A stretch of 64,000 bases of DNA, taken from NCBI GenBank assembly GCA_963733265.1, contig CAVTCF010000006.1, positions 57,269-121,268 on the forward strand. The letters run 5' to 3'. Positions 25,717 through 36,100 of this stretch are shown here, piece by piece. How positions within the stretch are numbered: position 1 is the first letter of the stretch; each line of letters begins with the position of its first letter. Source of the stretch: an uncultured beta proteobacterium (GTDB lineage: Bacteria; Pseudomonadota; Gammaproteobacteria; Burkholderiales; Gallionellaceae). A model generated the notes under the pieces. That model was not told the DNA's origin. It made no database searches and was given only the letters and a program-made list of their open reading frames with translations. Position numbers and translations under genes: made by a program.

Positions 25717-26591
25717 TGATCAAGGAGTTCGCGCTTGAGCCGGATGTGTTGGCGGTATCATTTCGGGATTTCAGCTACTTCATCGAAAAGTTCGGGGTAG
25801 CGCAGGGGCGCGTTATTTCGCGTTTCCCGAAGGACTGGAAGCGGATGGTGTACGAGGCAGCACAGGCCAGCCTGCGAGGCACCAAGGAATTGAGCCGTAT
25901 CGAAATCAGGCTCAGAGCCATCACGGATGATGTGCTGATTGCATCGCGACGCCCCAGTGGCGATGGCACACAACCTTGGCTGACCAGAGCGATGAGCGAG
26001 CATGGCCGCCAGCCGTTTGCCGCCATCATCGCCCGCGAAAATCCAACAGCACATACCGAAGTGCTCGTCGCCGCCGACCTGGATGATTCCGATTTGCGTT
26101 TTCAGGCTGCTGGTCAGCGACACATTACTCGCACAGCGGCAGAGATCGTTGATTGCGTGGGTTTGCTCCTTGGTGCGTCAAAAACGGTGAAATTGATCGA
26201 CCCGCATTTTGATCCGCGCTGGCCGCGCTGGCGGAGAATGCTCGGGCATGTATTGGTTGCTTTAGGCAACAACGGGCAGACCGGAGTAACACTGGAAATT
26301 CACCGCGCGGATAACGCGTTGCCCGGCAATTTGAAACACTATTTCGATTCAAGCATTCCAAAAATGCTTCCTACCGGGATCACCGTACAGGTCTTCCTGC
26401 ACCCGGAATCAGCGATGCATAACCGTTTCATCCTCACCAGCGTTGGTGGTGCCTCATACCACACCGGCCTAGACGATAACGAGGATGGGAAATCCACACC
26501 CACGGATTTAGTGTCGTTATTGGCACCGGGCATATTTGCAACAGAGTGGACGACATATTCAAGTCAAACGGCATTTTTGGTCTATCCATGA
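25716..26591 (+). CDS. hypothetical protein (291 aa), translationally coupled partner of the ATPase
   Basis: The start overlaps the ATPase stop (TGATG). I recognise no domain. There is a conserved-looking C-terminal stretch ..VFLHPESAMHNRFILTSVGGASYHTGLDD.. Confidence 0.7.
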   Translation: MIKEFALEPDVLAVSFRDFSYFIEKFGVAQGRVISRFPKDWKRMVYEAAQASLRGTKELSRIEIRLRAITDDVLIASRRPSGDGTQPWLTRAMSEHGRQPFAAIIARENPTAHTEVLVAADLDDSDLRFQAAGQRHITRTAAEIVDCVGLLLGASKTVKLIDPHFDPRWPRWRRMLGHVLVALGNNGQTGVTLEIHRADNALPGNLKHYFDSSIPKMLPTGITVQVFLHPESAMHNRFILTSVGGASYHTGLDDNEDGKSTPTDLVSLLAPGIFATEWTTYSSQTAFLVYP

Positions 26592-29500
26592 TTGGGTGAA
26601 CGAGTGATGACCCCAGATAAATGGATCAAGGAGTTATTAAACAGCAAGAATCTTGAACGTCCTGATGGGCGGATGCTCTATGGCTATCGGTTAAGTAATG
26701 AAGAGTACAAATCATTACGCGAGATGCTGGCTTACACTGCGGATTTCGGAGAGCTGGACGAGGTATCAAGCCGAATTCGCGGATTTTCGGCATTGTTTGT
26801 CCTCTATGCTGCCGAATGGTGGCGGCGCGAATACCAAGGTGGGGCATGGCGGTGGACATCAATCATTAGCGCTTTTGGCGGTAATGCGAAGGAACTTGAT
26901 GCTGCAGCAAGAACTAGGTGTGTAATTAGCGGCTTCGCATTCTGGGGACATCGTCCAGATGGAGAGGGCAAGAAATTCTTTGGTGCAATCGTCGCACACG
27001 GTGGGCTACCGCTTAACCTCATTGGGCAAGGTGGCGGCAAGTTGGCTTCGATCATGGATTCCACGTTGCGCCTCGCAGCGCGTTACCACTGGGACAGTTT
27101 GCAAATCGTCAATGCAATTGAAGAGCGGGCTGAAGAGTTTCCGGCAGCAAGTTTGCGCTGCCCGGAAATCTACCAGTTAATTGCCAGCATGGTTGTTGCG
27201 GTGCTGGAGCTGAAGCAGGAATTCCGTCTTACGGGAATTGCAGATCCTGTGGCCGTTTTAAATACGCAGGAACCAAGCTGGCGCCTACGTTTCCCACTTT
27301 CCTTAGAGGACGCTGCTGCTCAAGCATTATTGTCAGGGTTAGTGAAAGAGGCTGCACAGCAGCTCATGTTTGCATCCTCCGTCATATTTTCTGTTGAGAG
27401 AATGTTGCGAAAAACTGCGGACGGCAAGTATGAATTGACCTCAGTGCTGGCATGTCCACAAACTTTGGCTGCCGACACACTGGCAGAATTGTTTGGCTTG
27501 AACGAATTGCCGCGCTACTTCTCGATTGATGTTCAGGTGGATGAACGCAAACCGTTTTGCGAAGGTCGCCAGATTCTGGGAGCGGATACAGCAACCGTGT
27601 CGCTTGCTGGCGGCAAATGTGTTTGGAATGGTGTTGATGCCTGTTCGGAGCATCTGCTCTATCTGCGCGGACAAAGCGGTGATCTACGGGAAAATCCGCT
27701 TCCGATTCCAGGTGGCGCTGAACTTTCTCAAGATGAGCCATGGATTTTCGTTTTGCGCGATGGGAAACTAAGGTGGGTTGGTGCGGGCAGTGCGCGCGTT
27801 CCAGAAGAGGAGGCGGTCGTTGCACTTCCTGGTGGGTGGGGAATTGAACCCGCGAACGCAGACTCAATAGCCGACATTGTCGGACATTGCCATTTGGGCG
27901 ATCAACAGATAGCGCTCTATTCTGTGCGCGGTGAAATGACGTTGAGAAGATGCGAACAGCATTATCGGATTCGCACCAAGCAGGCAACGAGCGCGTCCGA
28001 CACTTATGTGTGGGAAGGTCGCCGAATTGCTTACCCTTCCAGTCCACAGCCAGTGTTTATCGGAGTTCCGAAGCTTTTTCGCTATCCGCCTGAAGGTGAG
28101 CGTAGCCGCGTACCGACTGCAGAACTGCACTGGTTTGCGGCGGGAACGAACAGCCGATTTGAAGATGCAACAAACGCACATGGCCCGCTTGATGTCTACT
28201 TGGTGCGGGAGGGGGAGCGGCTGGCTCGCTTTCGTTTCGTAGTGCTGGACAGTTCAGCGCGTACAGACTTCTCATCTAGTACATCGGCAAGCGAAGGACA
28301 TATTCATCTGGAGGGTTGGGGCTGTTCGGACGTTTCGATTGACGATCAACCTGGACTTCATTGCAAAGTTGAACAGGCCGGACGTGGTGTAAAACTACTT
28401 CTACAGGGCGGCGATGTCCCACCTGAGTCAGTAAGCGTTGTCATGCGTTGGCAACGTTGCGCACAGGAGTTGCGAATAAAGCTGCCTTTCCCCAGTGCGG
28501 GCGGTCGGTTTTTCGATGCAAAGGAACAGCCATTGCGCGAGGGGGATGAAATCGCACTTCGCCATCTGACCGGTGCGCGTCTGCGTATTTTTGATCGCAA
28601 TCCACTGGCACCTAAGCGGTATGACGTGTCGCTGACGTTGGGGCAAGGGAAGCGGGAAATGCGTAGCGCCGATCTAAAAATTGAGCATCCAATTTCACTG
28701 TTACCCAACGGTTCGGCAGAGATCAGGCTGATTGACCTGCAAAAGGACATAGAGAAACTGATGAGTTTCTCGGACGAGTTGGATGCAACCGTGAATGTGG
28801 CGGTGCTTGTGAGTAGCAGGCCGACTACAGCAGTGCGAGTTTCGCGCTATGAGACTGTGTTTGAACGAGACTCTCTTGCTGTAAGTTTTCCTCCAAAAGC
28901 CATTGAGCGATTAGATATGGCATCTCTGGAGCAAATTATTGTCAAGGCAGCACCGTTAACCAGCCTGGGTGGAGCATGTATCCAATTGGAGCAAGAATAC
29001 TCAGAGGGTGTGCCTGTCGCATGTTGGCAAGCTGCCGGACTGAATGCCACTTATTCGCCGTGGCTGATTTTTCCGGATGACGCATCCAGCGTTTTTTTCA
29101 GGCCGACGATATGGGGTAGGTCAGTTGATTCTCCTGAGATGGACACAAATTCAGGTTGCCCGCTCGCACAGGCGATGGCTATCCGGGAAGCGGAAGTCCG
29201 GATGGAAACTATAGCGGCGATACTCGACGCAATGGCAACAGACTTCAACCACCCATCGTGGCAATTGATGGAATATTTGTTGGAAACATTCCATCACTTG
29301 CCGCTCAGCAGCTTGGATGTCTTCCGGTTGATTGGGGCGCAACCGACGGCTGCTGTTTCCCTGTTGCTGCGCAGCCAATTTTCAGAAGATCGGTTGTTTG
29401 AATTTGCCCGCCGACTGCGTGACGAATTGGGCTTGGTATGGGAACTTGCCTCTATTGATATATGGCGGAATGCTGCCAGTAAGTTATATCAATATTGGGT

Positions 29501-30125
29501 TGCAACGCTTGGGGAAGATGATGCAAAGGCCAGCTTTCCGATTATTCTTAAAGTCCGTCTGGATCGGTTAGCAGGTGAGCATCCGCCCCTGCAATTGATG
29601 CTGGATGTGCTATTGCTGGAATTGACCAACCATCCGAGTGATGCGCTTGTTGAGGTTCAGCGCGTTTCGCAGGGAGACCGCTTGGCATTTGCGTACCAGC
29701 TTTGGCGCGGCCATGATTCGCTGGCGCAAAATCTTCTGTTTCGTGGTCATGCAAATGATGCGGAATGGCCTGAACGACCACTGTTTGAAGCAGCCTTTAC
29801 AGGATTCCTCGAAGTCGTAGCTGATTCGGTGAAGAATAAATTGAATCCAGATATTGTTAAAAAGATGTTTTGGATGGATACGCCTAAAGATTTCAAGGTG
29901 TCGGTTGCAAATATCCCGGTGCTTTGCGCGCTTTGGGCTGTTACCGGCACCAGCCAGGAGTGGTGGAGAAAGCCGGAACGCAGGCTGGCGCTCCGCAAGA
30001 TCAAAGCATTTGACCCCATCTGGTTTGAGCAAGCGTTTGGTAAGGCTGTTGCAGCCTGTCTCGCGTTAGGTATCCTCGTGCCGGGAGAAATGAATGTTGG
30101 GTACACCAAAATAATGCCCACCTGA
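26592..30125 (+). CDS. large uncharacterised protein (about 1170 aa), DruH-like by size and position
   Basis: An uninterrupted ORF with no recognisable motif, immediately upstream of the DruE-like helicase. The likely start is the ATG at 26607. Confidence 0.6.
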   Translation: MGERVMTPDKWIKELLNSKNLERPDGRMLYGYRLSNEEYKSLREMLAYTADFGELDEVSSRIRGFSALFVLYAAEWWRREYQGGAWRWTSIISAFGGNAKELDAAARTRCVISGFAFWGHRPDGEGKKFFGAIVAHGGLPLNLIGQGGGKLASIMDSTLRLAARYHWDSLQIVNAIEERAEEFPAASLRCPEIYQLIASMVVAVLELKQEFRLTGIADPVAVLNTQEPSWRLRFPLSLEDAAAQALLSGLVKEAAQQLMFASSVIFSVERMLRKTADGKYELTSVLACPQTLAADTLAELFGLNELPRYFSIDVQVDERKPFCEGRQILGADTATVSLAGGKCVWNGVDACSEHLLYLRGQSGDLRENPLPIPGGAELSQDEPWIFVLRDGKLRWVGAGSARVPEEEAVVALPGGWGIEPANADSIADIVGHCHLGDQQIALYSVRGEMTLRRCEQHYRIRTKQATSASDTYVWEGRRIAYPSSPQPVFIGVPKLFRYPPEGERSRVPTAELHWFAAGTNSRFEDATNAHGPLDVYLVREGERLARFRFVVLDSSARTDFSSSTSASEGHIHLEGWGCSDVSIDDQPGLHCKVEQAGRGVKLLLQGGDVPPESVSVVMRWQRCAQELRIKLPFPSAGGRFFDAKEQPLREGDEIALRHLTGARLRIFDRNPLAPKRYDVSLTLGQGKREMRSADLKIEHPISLLPNGSAEIRLIDLQKDIEKLMSFSDELDATVNVAVLVSSRPTTAVRVSRYETVFERDSLAVSFPPKAIERLDMASLEQIIVKAAPLTSLGGACIQLEQEYSEGVPVACWQAAGLNATYSPWLIFPDDASSVFFRPTIWGRSVDSPEMDTNSGCPLAQAMAIREAEVRMETIAAILDAMATDFNHPSWQLMEYLLETFHHLPLSSLDVFRLIGAQPTAAVSLLLRSQFSEDRLFEFARRLRDELGLVWELASIDIWRNAASKLYQYWVATLGEDDAKASFPIILKVRLDRLAGEHPPLQLMLDVLLLELTNHPSDALVEVQRVSQGDRLAFAYQLWRGHDSLAQNLLFRGHANDAEWPERPLFEAAFTGFLEVVADSVKNKLNPDIVKKMFWMDTPKDFKVSVANIPVLCALWAVTGTSQEWWRKPERRLALRKIKAFDPIWFEQAFGKAVAACLALGILVPGEMNVGYTKIMPT

Positions 30126-30154
30126 ATGACAATCAATCAATAAATTGGTGTTCG

Positions 30155-33100
30155 ATGAAAAAACAATATTTCTCTTCCCTACTACCTGAGCTTTCGACTC
30201 GTGCAGCGCGTGCGACTGTGAGCCGTTTGGGGTTTTCAAGCCCTGAGTTAAGAGCGTATCTGAGCGAACTTTTTTCGCGAGGGTTTGGCGAACCGGGAAG
30301 TTATCTCGGCGATCCGGTTTTCGAGGCAACTTTTGGCTGGGAACCGGCTGACCAGACGATGACTTCCTTGTCACCTGCGTTGTTGTCTCCCAGTCTAATC
30401 GGGGCAATGGACAAGCCTATGGGGAGCGAGGCAAGCGACTACCGTTTTCCGCGCGACATCGCTCCTTATAAACACCAACTCGAAGCATGGGAATGGCTGA
30501 CACGCGAACAGCCGCAGTCGGTTGTTGTAACCAGCGGGACCGGATCTGGAAAAACCGAGTGCTTTATGGTGCCGATACTCAACTCACTGGTACGCGAGCA
30601 TGAGGTGAGCAGAGCTAAACTGGTTGGCGTTCGCGCGCTGTTTTTGTATCCGCTAAACGCACTGATTCAAAGTCAGCGCGAGCGGTTGCATGCATGGACA
30701 GGAGCATTTGGCGATGCTGTCCGGTTTTGCTTGTATAACGGACTGACGCCACAAAAGGAGCCTCAGCATGTACGGGACAAAACCCCCAATCAGGTGATCG
30801 ACCGAGAGGCACTGAGAGCCGCGCCGCCACCCATGCTGGTAACCAATGCCACTATGCTGGAGTACATGTTGGTGCGAGCACAGGATGCGCCCATTCTCGA
30901 TGCATCGCAAGGCAAGCTTCAGTGGATTGTGCTGGATGAAGCACATACCTACATTGGTTCGCAGGCTGCGGAACTGGCCTTGCTGTTGCGTAGGGTGCTG
31001 CACGCCTTTGGCGTTTCGAGCAATCAGGTTCGTTTTGTCGCAACCTCCGCCACCATAGGCGATCCTCACGGCGAGGCGGGGCAACAATTGCGCGCCTTTC
31101 TAGCTGGCTTGGCTGGTGTGGATGAAGACCGTGTACATGTCGTTACCGGGCAGCGGAAAATTCCTGACCTGTTGGCGGGTAGCGCGCAATATCAGAATGC
31201 CCCTCTCGAAGAGCTGGAAGATATATTGCTGGAGGGCGGCGAACGGTACAACGCCTTATGCGCGAATCGCACTGCGCGCCGAATTCGTCAGATGTTCGTC
31301 CCCGGTGCAGAAGGAAAACCCGCCAACTCTTTCTCTGATATTGCACCAGCCATTCTTGGGAATGATTGGCGGCAGCAGCCAAACGCAACTGAAATTACGC
31401 TACGCTGGCTCGACTTGCTTACCAGTGCAAAATCAGCCGGAAAAAATGAGCAGCCGTTCCTGCCGTTGCGTCTCCATGCATTCCACAACGTGCTGGCTGG
31501 ATTGTGGGCGTGCTGCGATTCTACCTGTGCGTGTAAAAGTGGCACGGCACTTGATTCCCCGGAATGGCATTATGGCAAGATTTACACGGAAGAACGCCGA
31601 CACTGTGAATGCGGCTCGCCAGTATTTGAACTGCGCTCATGCAATGACTGCAACACCACTTTTTTGTGGGCGCAGCGTATCGGCCCCGACCGTGATGGAA
31701 AGTACCACCTGTGGCAAGTTCAAGAGGATTCCGATGACGAATTTTCGCTAGATGTTGAAGTGCCCGAGGACGATCTGGGAGGGGACGAACAGGATGGAAC
31801 AGAAATCTCCGCAATTGCATCCCAGAAAAAACCAGTGCTAATTGCAAATGGCTACGCGATTGGCACAGGAGAAGCTTTGATTGAGCGTATATCTTTGGTA
31901 TTCGATCCGCCAGAAATTTCGGATGCCATCAGGCTGCGCTTGAAGGATGAGCAGGATGGCATGATGGTTTGTCCGGATTGTGGCGGACATCATGGCAATG
32001 GGAAGCTGATGTTCCGCAAAGCCATTCTGGGCGCACCTTTCTTGTTGAGTGAAATTATTCCAACTCTGCTGGAGTATTGCCCTGACATTGAAGGCAAAGG
32101 TATCAGTCCGCTAGAACGGCCTTTACGCGGGCGGCGCATGATTACCTTTACCGACAGCCGGCAGGGTACGGCACGTATTGCCGCAAAACTGCAACAGGAC
32201 TCCGAACGCAACCGAGTACGCGGCCTGATCTACCAGCACGTAGCGCAGAAAACTCAAGCGGGTGGCAATTTGGAAGTGGCGGCACTTCAGCAGGAAATAG
32301 CTACCTTGAAAATGGTAAATAATTCTGCTTTGTCCAAGTTGATTTTGGAAAAGGAAAATAAACTCGCAGCACACCAGCCGAAGCCCATCACTTTTAATAA
32401 TGCTGCGGACTATTTGAGCAGCGTCGAGGCGGACACCAAAGACTGGATACATCAGTATTATTCCGATCTTGATCCCGCAGAATTTAGTGGGGCGACGGGC
32501 AAGGAAAAACTTGCGCGCATACTTGTCATGCGCGAGTTCGCGCGCAGGCCGAAGCGCGCAAACAGCTTGGAAACAATGGGGTTGGTGGCGGTTCGTTATC
32601 CCAAGCTGGAATCGGTTACGCAACTGCCAAAGTTTCCAGATGGAACGGCAAGACTGACCTTGCCTGAGTGGCAAGACTTCCTGAAAATTGCGCTAGATTT
32701 TCATGTTCGGGAGAACACATTCGTTAACCTCCCTGATAGCTGGCGAAAATGGGGTGGTCAGCGACTGTCCGGAAAAAAATTACTCCCGCCAGAATCGAAA
32801 GAGAAGCAATCCAACCAAATCAAGAAATGGCCGCAATGTAATCCTGCCGGGATGCAAAACCGTTTGGTGAGGTTATTGGGCTACGTGTTGAAACTCGATC
32901 CGGCCTCTGCCCACGGTCGGGATGCTCTTGATGGAATCTTGAGATGCGCGTGGGATGATTTGACCCGCGTGGGTCTATTGCAAGTCGCAAGCACTGGACG
33001 CTATCTCGCTTTGGAGGATATGGCGTTTGCCCCTATCAGCAAGGGATGGGTATGCCCGGTAACACGGCGCGTACTGGACGTAACCTTGAAAGGTGTGACG

Positions 33101-36100
33101 CCCTATCTTCCCAGAACGGAGCCTACGGATAAAGTTGCGATCTGCAGACCGATTGAATTGCCGAAGTGCTTCTTACTGGATAAGGATTTCCCCTCAGCCG
33201 ACGAACGGCTAAACGGGATACGTCAATGGCTGACGGATGACGCTACTGTTGTATCACTCAGAGGAGAAGGTCTGTGGTCTGACCTGAGTGACAGGATTGT
33301 CGAGGGCGGTGGTTATTTCCGTGCGGTTGAGCACTCGGCGCAGCAGCCCGGCAGTCGCTTGCAACAATATGAAAATGATTTCAAATCCGGGCGCATCAAT
33401 CTGCTGAGTTGCTCGACGACCATGGAAATGGGTGTTGATATTGGCGGTATCACCGTTGTAGCAATGAACAACGTGCCGCCTCATCCAGCAAATTATCTGC
33501 AACGCGCGGGGCGTGCCGGGCGCCGCTCGGAAACACGCTCTGTCGCACTGACTGTCTGCAAAAACAATCCCCACGATCAATATGTTTTTGCGAACACCCG
33601 CTGGGCATTTGAAACTCAGTTGCCCGCTCCCAGCATAAAACTTGAAAGTGCGATTATCGTGCAACGGCACATCAACTCGATGCTGTTGGCGAATTTCTTG
33701 CGCACGCAACTGGCCAACAATGGCGATCTGGTCAAGCTCAATATGGAATGGTGGATGCTGCCAAAAGATGAGGCGCGCTCAGATCGATTCATTGCTTGGG
33801 CAAAGTGCTTTGATGAAAAACAAAGTGGTAACTTGACGACAGGGCTGCGCTCGCTGCTGCGTTATACCTGCTTCGATGGCATCGTGTCGCTGCATGGCTT
33901 GATTGCGGAATCCGCAAAGATGCTTGTCGCATTTCGTACCAAGTGGTTCGATGAGTTTGATGCCGTAGAGTTGCAGATCAACCAGTTTCAGGGGGCATCC
34001 AAGGAGAAAGACCCCGCCTACAAAGCGTTGCAAATACAGAAAAGACGGTTGACTGACGAGTATCTGTTGAGGGAACTGGCTGCGGGTGGCTTCCTGCCTG
34101 GATATGGTTTTCCGACAGATATTTCTTCCTTTGAAACACTGACACTTGATGAGATTAAGCGAAACGAAACACGCAAGAAAGACGAGCGCGTAGACAACCT
34201 GATGCGCCGCAGGGAGCTGCCGAGCCGCGATACGGTAACGGCGTTGAGAGAATATGCGCCGGGTGCAGAGGTGGTGATCGATGGTCTGGTGTATCGCTCC
34301 GCCGGAATTACGCTCAATTGGCACGTCCCTGCTTCAGTGCAGGCGGTCAGCGAGATACAAAATATCCGAGAAGCATGGCGTTGCCGCTCCTGTGGCTCCA
34401 GCGGCACGACGGGTATGGCAAATCAGCTTACTCAGTGCCTGGATTGCGGTGCTGCGTTGCCACCTGTTCCAGATTGCCGTTTTACCTATCTGGAACCAGC
34501 AGGATTTTCCGTTGATCTCTACGAGTCGCCGCATAACGATGTATCGACTCAGACCTTTGTCCCCGTTGAAGCTCCGTGGATCAATGCCAATGGTGAATGG
34601 CTACCCATGACGAACCCCCAGCTGGGTGCTTACAGGGCAAGTCCGATTGGCACGGTGTTTAACCATTCGGCTGGTACTAATGGTCTGGGTTATGCCATTT
34701 GTCTGGCTTGTGGTCGGGCAGAACCCATGATCAGCGCGTCAGATGATGGGGAGGTTGAGCAGGGCGGTGTCGCATTGCCAAAAATCTTTCAAGCCCCTCA
34801 TCGTCGGCTGCGGGGTGCGCAAGGAGGTGAAACGGCGTTGTGCGAAGGCAGTAGCTTTTCCATCAAGCCCGGCATGCGACTTGGTCATGAAGCGACAACA
34901 GATGTGCTTGAACTCATGCTGTATGACTTGGATGGACGCCCTTTGTCAGATCGGCGTGTGGCGTTTTCACTTGCGGTGGCGATACGCAGTGCTATTGCCG
35001 CACTGTTGGGCGTCGAGGTTTCTGAGTTAGGTTGTGATACCAAAGAAATTCGGATGAATAGAGAGATTGGACAGGCGATAGTGCTGTTTGACCGTAATGC
35101 ATCCGGCTATTGCTCTTCGGTTTCCGACCGGTTGCGAGATGTTTTGTTCAAGGCAAAAGGAATTTTGAGCTGCTCGGCGAATTGTGAAGGGGCTTGTCAG
35201 CACTGTCTGCTGCATTTCGATACTCGCTTCCGCATGGATGATCTGAACCGCCATGCTGCGTTGGAGTTCTTGACGGATCGCTGGCTGGACGAATTTCAGC
35301 TTCGGAATGAGGACGCCCAATTTGGACGTGGTACTCATGCGGAATTTCAAACACTGCCAGAGGCGATCACTCGGGAACTGGTGCGTCCGGGCGTAGAAGA
35401 GCTGCGGTTGTATCTTGCGGGCAACCCTTCCGAATGGGACATCGCAGCGTCACCGTTGCGGGGGTGGGTGCAGAAGTGGGCATCCTCCGCGAGTGCCATT
35501 AAAGTTGTACTTTCTCCCGATACCGTAAATGCCATGTCGCAGGCGGATCGTTTCGTACTGTCTATTTTGTCGAACCTTAACGGAGTTTCTGTCTGGACTG
35601 GAGAGGCACCGCCTTGTCAGGCTGGTGGACAGACAGTCGCGGAAATAATAGCTACTGACCGCGATCCGTGGGCATGGGCATATCGTTCTAGCAACGCTGC
35701 TTGCCCCAATGCGCAATGGGCGATGGGCACGGACTTGCTAGTGCGTGGTCAGCCTCAAACAAATGGGAATCTATTGCAGCAAATTTCAATAGTTTCAAGC
35801 GCACCTGCGGATATGAAGGGGAAAGTTCATCGGTTTGAAATTAGAAGTGAACTCGATGGTGTATCCGAGGGATTTGGACGGCGGTTGCTGGCAAAGCTGG
35901 AGGATGACCTTGGAGCCGATCTTATCAGAGGAAAAGGGGAAATAATTCGTGTTACCTACCATGACCGCTATTTGAACGCGCCCCTTCCAGCCGCGCTACT
36001 TCTTGATTTTATTTCAGCGCTGAAAATGGCTCATAAAGACCGTTGGTCTGTTCAGTCAATCGAGTTGGTGGTTGCGCCTTTCCAAGAAGACAAAGGCGGC

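Noticed and set aside
23599-26591. Calling the ATPase plus partner a known Septu, PARIS or Gabija system.
   Set aside because: The ATPase class fits. However, the partner lacks any HNH (Septu PtuB), TOPRIM/DUF4435 (PARIS AriB) or UvrD-helicase (Gabija GajB) signature that I can see, so I left the module unassigned.
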